A DNA stretch of 32,803 nt from Candidatus Latescibacterota bacterium (GTDB taxonomy: Bacteria; Latescibacterota; UBA2968; GCA-2709665): assembly GCA_963662665.2 (NCBI GenBank), contig CAXXJS010000059.1, positions 1 through 32,803 of the forward strand, read 5' to 3'. The position numbers and the translations under genes were made by a program. How positions within the stretch are numbered: the stretch's first letter is position 1; each line of letters starts with the position of its first letter. Below are positions 18,399-26,263 of the stretch, in pieces. A model generated the notes under the pieces. That model saw nothing but the letters and a program-made list of their open reading frames with translations, made no database searches and was not told where the DNA came from.

Positions 18399-19214
18399 AT
18401 GCGATTGCGTTACAAGTTGAAGCAAATTCAGGCCGACGGCCCGGACAGACTCCTGGTTGTGAGTGACTGGGACCGAACGCTGACGCGGTCCACGGGGGAG
18501 GATGGCAGCGATCAGTCCACGTTCTCGGTTATCGCGAACAGCCGGCATCTCGGGCCGGCGTTTTCCCGCCGGTACCGGGAACTGTTTGACCGCTATCGAA
18601 GCATCGAACGCGCGACGGATCTGCCCGAACGCGCGAAATCGCCTCACCTGCGCCGCTGGTGGTCCCTGCAGTTCGAACTGATGCTCAAGCACAAATTCGG
18701 TACACAGACGATACAGCGGATTATCCGCGAGAATCGGCCGCACCTTCGAGACGGTGCGCGCCTTTTTTTTGATACCCTCCACGATCGCCGCATTCCCCTC
18801 GTCATCCTGTCCGCGGGCATCAGGGAAATCATCGAAGCCCGACTCGCGGCAGTCGGTATCTCAACCGCAAATGTCTTCATCATCGCCAACACGCTGGTTT
18901 TCAATCCGGCAGGCGATGCGGTGGCGTACAAGACGCCGCTTATCCACAGCCTGAACAAACACACCCTGAACGTGGCTACTGTCCCTGGGTTCGCCGGGCG
19001 CCACAACCTGTTGCTCCTTGGGGACACGCTGGACGATATAAAGATGGCTGCCGGCATCAACCACACCCGCCTGCTCAGCTTCGCCTTCCCCGCTGATGAC
19101 GACCATATCGAACAATACCGGTCCACGTACGACGTCGTATTGGCGCCTGGCGCCTCCCTTGAGGCGGTGACCGCGGTCTTGAGAGATACCTGCGCGGCGC
19201 CTCTCGGGAATTGA
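18399..19214 (+). CDS. HAD hydrolase, pyrimidine 5'-nucleotidase (NT5C3/UMPH-1)-like
   Basis: Motif I VVSDWDRTLT, RWW cap motif, motif II ILSAGI, IIAN...PLIHSLNK, motif IV LLGDTLDDIKMA. Confidence 0.8.
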   Translation: MRLRYKLKQIQADGPDRLLVVSDWDRTLTRSTGEDGSDQSTFSVIANSRHLGPAFSRRYRELFDRYRSIERATDLPERAKSPHLRRWWSLQFELMLKHKFGTQTIQRIIRENRPHLRDGARLFFDTLHDRRIPLVILSAGIREIIEARLAAVGISTANVFIIANTLVFNPAGDAVAYKTPLIHSLNKHTLNVATVPGFAGRHNLLLLGDTLDDIKMAAGINHTRLLSFAFPADDDHIEQYRSTYDVVLAPGASLEAVTAVLRDTCAAPLGN

Positions 19215-19385
19215 TCCGGAGCCTGGAGCGATCAGTCTTGTCAACCGGTCCGCCGGAGAAGAACAGACGCGCGTGCATCCACCGGGGTGTAGTTATGCGG
19301 GCCGTTCAGTTTACGTCCTGTTGATGCGTCGACGGAACCCGGACAGGTCATGGCGCGTGACTTGTCTCACCAGGAAAGGAGGCGA

Positions 19386-19427
19386 ATGATGATGAAGACT
19401 ACCACGTGGAGGGCGACCGCCCGATAA
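19386..19427 (+). CDS. Candidate 13-aa micropeptide MMMKTTTWRATAR
   Basis: Strong SD AAAGGAGG (19375-82), ATGATGATG, stop TAA inside a GACCGC/GCGGTC hairpin, downstream terminator-like hairpin. Confidence 0.4.
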   Translation: MMMKTTTWRATAR

Positions 19428-19457
19428 ATGCGGTCGACGTCCCTTCAGAATGTCGAA

Positions 19458-19485
19458 CCGGGCGCTCCTTCACAGGAGCGCCCGG
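19458..19485. terminator. Strong hairpin between convergent genes (probable terminator)
   Basis: CCGGGCGCTCCT-TCAC-AGGAGCGCCCGG perfect 12-bp stem, with only a short ATTT tail. Confidence 0.65.
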
Positions 19486-19534
19486 ATTTGCATAGTCGTT
19501 CGCGATGCGTCTTGTACCTGTTTCCACCCAACGC

Positions 19535-20902
19535 TTACTCCATTCTCATCGGCATAATAATCGCTTTCCGGTCGGGATGATCCTCTGAAACGAATAGCAG
19601 AGCCTTCATCGGGTCCGTAAAGAAGATATCCAACATTTCCCCGGATTCAATTCCGGATACAACATCACTCAGAAAGTCGTGATTTACACTGATTCTGAAT
19701 GGTTCCGGACTGTCTTCCAGGTTGACCCGGCCATCAAGAGTAGTCGTGAACCGCCAGTATGGGACACCCGCCCAGGGGGCATCGTCATTGGAGACCGGTG
19801 AACCGGTTTTTTCTTTGGAGACCCTGTAACCCAGGTCTCTCGACGTAATCAGTGAGAGCGTCTGCTGCACCTCGGAAATCTGGATCTCAACCTGCGGCGC
19901 ATAGGTCCACACGCCATCAGCCGGATGCCTGGGATCCAAATGCTCTGCGATCAGGTTCACAGCCTGTAGCAGTTCATCCGACGATACCCTGACGAGACTG
20001 TTTCCCGTTTCGGGTATGACTGCCTCATAGTTTACATAAGGTTCGTCGAGAATCGGTATGACGACTTCGGCATCTCCCCCGGCCTTGAGAAAAACCTGCC
20101 CGTCACCGATCGAAAGCGTAGCGCGCTCGGGATGTGGCGCCGACATCTCGAACCCGGGCCCGAGGATCACCTGCTTCTCCAGGTCATCCGCGCCCTCAAG
20201 TGTGCGCCGCAGCAACCTTGCACCGTCCGTTGCGACAACCCGTCCGCCGGTATCCAGGCACACCCCACAGAGTTTAAGGCGGGACTCGTCCGTACTCACA
20301 AACCGGGTCGCCCAATAGAGTGCCTGAAGGTCTTGCGCGGTGAGATCGAAGGTCTGTTCAACACTTGTCATCTCGCTCATCTCCTTTCGGATCCGCCGCC
20401 TCGCCTTCTGCAGGCGGCTGCGGACCGTGTTCAAATTAAGGCCCAACTGGCTGGCCGTTTTCTCGTAGGAATGGCCTTTGAAATAGTGATGTTCGATCAC
20501 GTCCCGGTGCGCATCGGATAGCTGGCGAATTGCCTGCCTGACCATCATGCGCGCCTCTCGCTCCAACTCCGGTTCGTTACCGGCGTGTTCGCCCCATTCC
20601 GTCGCCAGGATCTGTTCGAAACGGATTTGCACCGTTCGCCTCTGGCGCCACCTGAAAGCGGCATTGTCTGCAATTTTCAACAGCCACGGGGAAAACCGCG
20701 TTCCTTCGCGCAGTTGATTCAGGCGTCGAAACGCAATCAGGAACACCTCCTGGGCCAGGTCTTCGGCATCGTCCGGCTGTTTGGCTACGCCGCGAATCCT
20801 CCGATAGATCCGTCCGCCATAGCGCTCCACGAGGCGCCCGAACGCCCATGTTTCTCCCGAAACAGCGAGACGCACCAGGTCTCCATCCCCGAGCGTATCC
20901 AA
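19535..20902 (-). CDS. ECF sigma-70 factor fused to a DNA polymerase III beta-clamp (DnaN) domain II+III-like region
   Basis: Residues ~1-175 contain sigma2 (DAEDLAQEVF...FSPWLLKIA) and sigma4 (LSDAHRDVI...SYEKTASQLGLNLNTVRSRLQKAR). Residues ~178-455 contain DnaN motifs STDESRLKLCGV, VVATDGARL, YVNYEAVIP, SSDELLQAV, ISVNHDFLSDVV, and terminal IIMPMR. TTG start with GGAGG SD. Confidence 0.88.
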   Translation of the reverse strand: MDTLGDGDLVRLAVSGETWAFGRLVERYGGRIYRRIRGVAKQPDDAEDLAQEVFLIAFRRLNQLREGTRFSPWLLKIADNAAFRWRQRRTVQIRFEQILATEWGEHAGNEPELEREARMMVRQAIRQLSDAHRDVIEHHYFKGHSYEKTASQLGLNLNTVRSRLQKARRRIRKEMSEMTSVEQTFDLTAQDLQALYWATRFVSTDESRLKLCGVCLDTGGRVVATDGARLLRRTLEGADDLEKQVILGPGFEMSAPHPERATLSIGDGQVFLKAGGDAEVVIPILDEPYVNYEAVIPETGNSLVRVSSDELLQAVNLIAEHLDPRHPADGVWTYAPQVEIQISEVQQTLSLITSRDLGYRVSKEKTGSPVSNDDAPWAGVPYWRFTTTLDGRVNLEDSPEPFRISVNHDFLSDVVSGIESGEMLDIFFTDPMKALLFVSEDHPDRKAIIMPMRME

Positions 20903-21017
20903 GATTCGCCTCCGGCAAGGGTGAGATCACCGCGCGTGTGACATGAATACAGATGCGCGTCACACCGGAAAGTATCCTGTGCATGTGAAAAAAATCGGTG
21001 TCGGGGCGCCTGCCGTC

Positions 21018-21047
21018 AAAAAAAAAAGCCACCCCAATGAGGGCGGC
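21018..21047 (-). terminator. Intrinsic terminator after the transglutaminase-like gene
   Basis: Minus strand GCCGCCCT-CATT-GGGGTGGC followed by T10. Confidence 0.8.
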
Positions 21048-21086
21048 GGCCTGCGACGATTACGCAAAATACGAAAGGAATTATGG

Positions 21087-23201
21087 TTACAACGCGACCG
21101 AGAGACTGCTGACGGGGCCCTTCACGCCCGCGCTGTTGACGGCACGCACCCGCATCGCGTTCAACCCGTCGTGCAGTTGCCAGTCGAATGCCTCAGGGCA
21201 GGACTTCCACGTCTCGTGATCCACACTTGACAGATAGCCCGCGAAACAGGGCGTCTGCGTCTCCAGCGTGACTCTCAGCACGGTCCCATCTTCATTCCCA
21301 GCCACGGTGTACCGGGTCTGGTTCATCGACGGATAAAAATCCGATTGCCGGTTCGTGTGACGCGTGAAGTGAGGCAGCGGCGGCACCTTATCGTCGGCCC
21401 AGTTGAGATACCCGTCCCAGGCCCACACCTCCGTACCCTGACTCACCGGCATCGGACGCGGCTGGCTGAACACGTTGCTGCGCGGGATCATACGGAAATG
21501 GCAAAACGAACGGAACAGGAAGTGCGCCCCCTCTTTCGTGGAGAACTCGTGACTCCCTTCACGGATTGCAATCGGCAGGTCCCGAACGAGTGTATCGAGA
21601 TCCTGCCGGAACAGATACGGACGGTCCCATCGTTCGACTTCCTCGAGTCTGTCTGCGAGTACCCGGTGTACCTCCAGAGTATCCAGAGGGACACGTGTTT
21701 TCGGATCGTACCAATAGTAATCTCTGGTCGCGTCGAGGTGGACCCACTTGCAATGGTCGTTCGACCAGACTTCCGCGATCTCGTGTCCGGTCATGCCCTC
21801 GCTGTGGAAGTTCACGTGCCTCGCGGGAAATCCGAAACTCAGACAGGCGGCCACGAGCGCCACGTTGGGATACAGGCACATCTTGTCGCGCCGCCGTTCC
21901 GGGTACCGGTTCATTACAATCGCACCGGATGGATCACGATCCAGCATCAGCCATTCCAGGACGTCCCAGGGACAGTGCCGGCACGCACCCAGCGGAACGG
22001 CATACGCCCACGCCATCAGGCGCTCAATAGCTTCGAATTCCGTCTGCGCCCCGGCGACAACCGCGTCCAGTTCGAACCGTTCGCGCAGTTCCCGTAACGA
22101 ATTTTGCCTGTAGACCTCGTCTGCAATCCAGCAGGAAGACCGGCGGACGGCGGGATTCTCCGCCATGACGACTCGCGGGGGAGCGTTGCCTTCCGCGCGC
22201 GCCTCGGCAAGGACCGTCATCGATTTGAGAACGGGGGTGTCTGATGGATCCGCCGTCTCGAGCCGCATGCGCCATTGAAGGTAACGCCCTTTAGCGTCTC
22301 TTAGCGCCGATCCGCGTTCGCACGATTGCCAGTCGCTCCAGCCATGCCCTTTGACCACCGGATCCGTTCCGGTCCTCACTTCACATTGGACGATGGTACC
22401 GGCGGGCAGTTCGACGTCCCAATCCAGACGCAATCCACGAGTGGCGTGCCGCCGTTTAACCTCCCCTTCACCCACGGCATCGATGACCGGCGACACGGCA
22501 AGCCCGTTTTCGCGGTACCCATCCAGGACCAGCCGGATCACGTATTCGCCGCGTTCGGACGTCCATTCGCCGTTTCGGCGGACAAGACTCGAAGCCGGCA
22601 GCACGACCGGATCCGGCATCCCCTTTGCGTAATCCCGATAGTCCGCCACCATCAGACTCCACCCCACCCCTCCGTCGATGACATCGAAAACCAGCTGGTT
22701 TTCGCCCTGGCGAAGACAACCGTCGGGCAGTTCCACGTAATACCATCGGCTCCAGCTCCAGGCGCCTTCGTCGGGCGCCAACTCCCAATACTGTCTCGCG
22801 TCGGGGGTAGCCTGCGGGGAGGGCGGACGCAGCACGTCCCGCCCGTTGACGCTGATTCGCAGCGTGGCCGAATGACCTCTCCGCTCTCGCGCAACAAAGG
22901 CCACCTGCGCCGTCCCGGCGGGACGTTGCCGCAATGTCAGTGCTTTTTTCAGCGCCAGGCTGCCGGATATCTCCAAAAACGGGTCCACGTCCAGGTCGTC
23001 CGAACGTCCGGCGCCGGGGCTGTCGTTCTCGACAACCGAACCCTTGAAGAGTCGGATACCGGAATCGTCTTTCCCCATCCAGAGATCGGCGACGTCCGCC
23101 GTGCGGTAAATCTCTTGCGCGGGGAAAAGGCTTCGTATCTGTTTGAAGTCCTCTTCAGCCATGTTCCGATCCAGGTCGGTTTCCTGTGCGCGCCACCCCA
23201 T
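21087..23201 (-). CDS. Transglutaminase-like domain protein with N-terminal beta-rich domains
   Basis: Putative Cys-His-Asp triad: KMCLYPNVALVAACLSFGFPARHV, GHEIAEVWSN, WVHLDAT. Start uncertain (23201 or 23162). Confidence 0.78.
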   Translation of the reverse strand: MGWRAQETDLDRNMAEEDFKQIRSLFPAQEIYRTADVADLWMGKDDSGIRLFKGSVVENDSPGAGRSDDLDVDPFLEISGSLALKKALTLRQRPAGTAQVAFVARERRGHSATLRISVNGRDVLRPPSPQATPDARQYWELAPDEGAWSWSRWYYVELPDGCLRQGENQLVFDVIDGGVGWSLMVADYRDYAKGMPDPVVLPASSLVRRNGEWTSERGEYVIRLVLDGYRENGLAVSPVIDAVGEGEVKRRHATRGLRLDWDVELPAGTIVQCEVRTGTDPVVKGHGWSDWQSCERGSALRDAKGRYLQWRMRLETADPSDTPVLKSMTVLAEARAEGNAPPRVVMAENPAVRRSSCWIADEVYRQNSLRELRERFELDAVVAGAQTEFEAIERLMAWAYAVPLGACRHCPWDVLEWLMLDRDPSGAIVMNRYPERRRDKMCLYPNVALVAACLSFGFPARHVNFHSEGMTGHEIAEVWSNDHCKWVHLDATRDYYWYDPKTRVPLDTLEVHRVLADRLEEVERWDRPYLFRQDLDTLVRDLPIAIREGSHEFSTKEGAHFLFRSFCHFRMIPRSNVFSQPRPMPVSQGTEVWAWDGYLNWADDKVPPLPHFTRHTNRQSDFYPSMNQTRYTVAGNEDGTVLRVTLETQTPCFAGYLSSVDHETWKSCPEAFDWQLHDGLNAMRVRAVNSAGVKGPVSSLSVAL

Positions 23202-23223
23202 CAGTGCCGAAGATGATAACCGC

Positions 23224-24462
23224 CTATTTCAGATAGGCCGCCTCTACCTTCTCAATAGCGGCAATGATGTCGGACACCTCCTGCTCTCCGTAGTTCTCAT
23301 GGATTGGCATTGTAAAGTGGCTCTCGGCGGCCTCGACGGCGTTGGGACACGGGAACGTGGCATTGCGATCGCCACCATAGTCAGGGAGCCCCCATGGATA
23401 GTCGCTGTTTCCGAAAACCCTGCGTTCCTTGAACCACGTCGCCTCGGACGGGATATGCCTGTAGGATACCGAAGCCGGAATGCCTTCAGCAGCCAGCGCC
23501 TTTACGAAGCCGGCCTTGTCCACGCTCAGCCTGCCCGAATCCAGGTGGAACCGGAGGAACCAGTACACGCACTCGGTACCCGTTACCTGCCTCCCCATCG
23601 AAACGGCCTGCAGATGTTCAATACCGTCCCGAATTGCATCACCGGCGCTTCGCCGGTTATCCGCGATCTCCCCCAGACGGCGCAACTGCACCCTGCCGAT
23701 CGCCGCTGCCAGGTCACTACCGTTCATATTCAGGCTCGCCCTCACGTTGGAATGCCCGCCCCCCTCCATATTCAAGGGTTTGCCCCGATCCGAGAAACGC
23801 TTCACCCGCCAGTAGAGGTCCTGATCTTTCACGAAGACCACCCCGCCCTGGGAGCCCGTGGCGTGATGCTTGCCGCTCATCGTTGAGAATGTCCCCATTG
23901 ACCCCATGGCGCCCACCAGCCTTCCCCTGTATCTCGCGCCGTGCGCCTGCGCGCAATCTTCGATCACGGGCAACCCGCGCGAAACGGCAAGCTCCAGAAT
24001 CGGGTCCATGTCCGCCGGTTCCCCGGCGATATGCGCAACGATGATCGCACGCGTGTGCTCATTAAGCACGGCTTCGATCTGCTTTGCGCCCGCGTTGAAA
24101 GTTCCTGGGGCCGCATCCGCCACCACGGGCACCAGATTCAGGAGCGCCACGGGCATCACCCCACCCGGATCCGTGATCGGCGGCACCACCACCTCGCCGG
24201 GTACATCCAGTTCGAGGGCTCCAAGCGCCGCGTACAGTGACGTGGTGCCCGAATTCACCAGGTCGGCGTACCCGCCGCCCATGAAATCCGCGAAGTCCCG
24301 TTCGTACGCGCGCTCCTCAGGTCCATCGTAGCCGAACGCGTTGCCCGTCCGGATGCTTTCGTCGAAAAGGGCCATCACCGCCTGCTTCTCCGCGTCTCCG
24401 AAGAGACGCCGCGCGGGCATCGGTACAGAACGGACCTTTTCACCGCCATCGATTGCCAGCAT
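23224..24462 (-). CDS. DegT/DnrJ/EryC1/StrS family PLP-dependent aminotransferase
   Basis: VNSGTTSL, VIEDCAQAHGA, FSTMSGKHHATGSQGG (PLP lysine). ATG 24462 with CAGGAGG SD. Confidence 0.92.
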   Translation of the reverse strand: MLAIDGGEKVRSVPMPARRLFGDAEKQAVMALFDESIRTGNAFGYDGPEERAYERDFADFMGGGYADLVNSGTTSLYAALGALELDVPGEVVVPPITDPGGVMPVALLNLVPVVADAAPGTFNAGAKQIEAVLNEHTRAIIVAHIAGEPADMDPILELAVSRGLPVIEDCAQAHGARYRGRLVGAMGSMGTFSTMSGKHHATGSQGGVVFVKDQDLYWRVKRFSDRGKPLNMEGGGHSNVRASLNMNGSDLAAAIGRVQLRRLGEIADNRRSAGDAIRDGIEHLQAVSMGRQVTGTECVYWFLRFHLDSGRLSVDKAGFVKALAAEGIPASVSYRHIPSEATWFKERRVFGNSDYPWGLPDYGGDRNATFPCPNAVEAAESHFTMPIHENYGEQEVSDIIAAIEKVEAAYLK

Positions 24463-24485
24463 ATCACTTGCCTCCTGAAATTTTG

Positions 24486-25289
24486 TTAAGATATGGCGCC
24501 TGCAAAGGCCGTCCACAATTCATCGATGCCCTTGCCCATCGCCCGTGAATCCGGAAAACAGCGATAAACCATACGCGTATGGGCCACCATCTCGACGCCT
24601 GCCGCCAGGTCCCGGCCATAACACCAGTCGTGCGCGGTATCCCATCCATGATACTGACCCGTCAGATAGGTTGTAATTACCGGGTCGCACAGGAACGCCA
24701 GCGTGAAACCGTTGGCCGAATTCCGGGCGGCCAGGATGGGCAGGCCGAAGTTCCTGTTTGCAAGATCCCGATGCAGCCCCTTCTCCGGATCGCCGAATCG
24801 ACCATCCTGAAGCAATTCTCGCGACAGGTCGTCTCTTACGACGCCGAACGTCCGGTTGATTTCCGCCCGGTTGTTCAACCTTGTCCAGGTCCACGACCCG
24901 TCGGCATTCGCAAGGGGCACCCAGGTTTCATCGAAGCCTTCGGCAATATAGGAAGCGAAGAAGATCTCGAAACGAGGGATATCCACCGAAGGTCGGATCG
25001 TCATCTTCAGGTCCACGGCGTCGCCGTGCGGCCAATAGACGAGATCCATCTCCAACCCGAATTCCGGCTCTGCGGGAAAATGGACGGCCACCTCATCCTG
25101 CGTCAACTCGTGCACGACCTTCCTCGCCAGAGAAAGCCGACGAGGGTACATCACCATTCCTGAACCCGGTCTGAGATAGTATTCGGCATTTAACAATGCC
25201 TTATAATGCCGAACCACACCGACTTTGTAGTCCCGATGCATCAGCCCGCAGATGCCGTGGTAGTTCATATAGGGCTGAATCCCGCCCAT
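24486..25289 (-). CDS. Hypothetical protein
   Basis: Long ORF co-oriented with and 23 nt from the DegT gene. Aromatic/beta-rich, with no family recognised. Start uncertain. Confidence 0.65.
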   Translation of the reverse strand: MGGIQPYMNYHGICGLMHRDYKVGVVRHYKALLNAEYYLRPGSGMVMYPRRLSLARKVVHELTQDEVAVHFPAEPEFGLEMDLVYWPHGDAVDLKMTIRPSVDIPRFEIFFASYIAEGFDETWVPLANADGSWTWTRLNNRAEINRTFGVVRDDLSRELLQDGRFGDPEKGLHRDLANRNFGLPILAARNSANGFTLAFLCDPVITTYLTGQYHGWDTAHDWCYGRDLAAGVEMVAHTRMVYRCFPDSRAMGKGIDELWTAFAGAIS

Positions 25290-25489
25290 AATTTCGCCGG
25301 TATCGAACTCATAGCACTGCGACAAACCGCTCCAGGCAATCTGCACAACCGTCCTCCGAAAATCACGCCACGCATGGCATCCGGGCACACAAAGCAACGA
25401 CGGTCTCCCTCAATGGGCTGCGCCGTCGGCGCGTTTTCCGACCGCAAGATAATATCCTGGGGGGGCAACGCAACCTCATTCTGGACACG

Positions 25490-25519
25490 AAAAAAAGCGC
25501 GGGAATCGAATTCCCGCGC
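25490..25519 (-). terminator. Intrinsic terminator of the ABC/DUF4340 operon
   Basis: Minus strand GCGCGGGAAT-TCG-ATTCCCGCGC followed by T7. Confidence 0.85.
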
Positions 25520-25582
25520 CAGGATGCAATGAACTCCCGCCAGGCAACAAGCTGGAAGGAGGAGAAACCGTGGGTTCTTGTC

Positions 25583-26263
25583 CTACTCGTTCGTTTTGGC
25601 CGTATCCGCAGCGACGTCCAGATTCAGATTCAACGGCCCCGACGTATCCCGCTTCGCATCGATCTGAACAGGCGGCGGCGCAACGGCAGGGGCCGTCTCA
25701 CCTACGTCGATGTCCGGTCCAATACTGTCAGCTGCCGCGGGCTCCGGCTTCCGACCCCAGAAGTCAGGCGTCGCATTCAGATAGTAGGTAATGTTGTTGT
25801 CGGTCAGATATACCGCGTTCTCGGACGCCAGACGCACGTAATTCTTGCTCCAGTCCTGCCTGGACTGGCCAAACACAAATGCCGCAAGTTCCGTACCGCC
25901 CGCGTTCCTGACGGACAAGCGAATGCCCGTTGAATCGTCCACCGAATACACGTCCCACCGGTCGGCGCTTCTCGTCATCAGGGTTGTGCGCTCGACCTTT
26001 AGTACCCGGTCGAACAAATTGTCGACCGGCGCCTCACGGACCTCCAGGGAATCGTGGCCCACGAGTCGCCACACATCGCCGTCGAGGCGAAGTTCAACGC
26101 GTTCAGAGCCGCGTTCTACCGTGAACTGCTGAACGGCGTCCCGGTTTCCTTCAAAAATCGGCGTACCCGCAGCCGTATACCTGGTCTTGGATAACTGAAC
26201 GTATGCGACGCCGGCGGCCAGCACCAGAATCACAATCAGCCATAACCTCGCCCGTTTAGCCAT
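25583..26263 (-). CDS. DUF4340-like membrane-anchored protein
   Basis: N-terminal TM segment, VELRLDGDVWRL, NYVRLASENAVYL. Typical position after GldG-like genes; start overlaps the upstream gene end. Confidence 0.75.
   Translation of the reverse strand: MAKRARLWLIVILVLAAGVAYVQLSKTRYTAAGTPIFEGNRDAVQQFTVERGSERVELRLDGDVWRLVGHDSLEVREAPVDNLFDRVLKVERTTLMTRSADRWDVYSVDDSTGIRLSVRNAGGTELAAFVFGQSRQDWSKNYVRLASENAVYLTDNNITYYLNATPDFWGRKPEPAAADSIGPDIDVGETAPAVAPPPVQIDAKRDTSGPLNLNLDVAADTAKTNE

Noticed and set aside
19270-19460. Possible tmRNA or tRNA (TCCACC followed by GGGG; short ORF ending in a hairpin)
   Set aside because: No T-arm or acceptor-stem pairing, and the peptide has an SD/ATG and lacks an ssrA-like AA terminus.
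19535-20371. Calling this gene the housekeeping dnaN
   Set aside because: It lacks domain I, is fused to a sigma factor, is divergent, and is not in a dnaA/recF/gyrB context.
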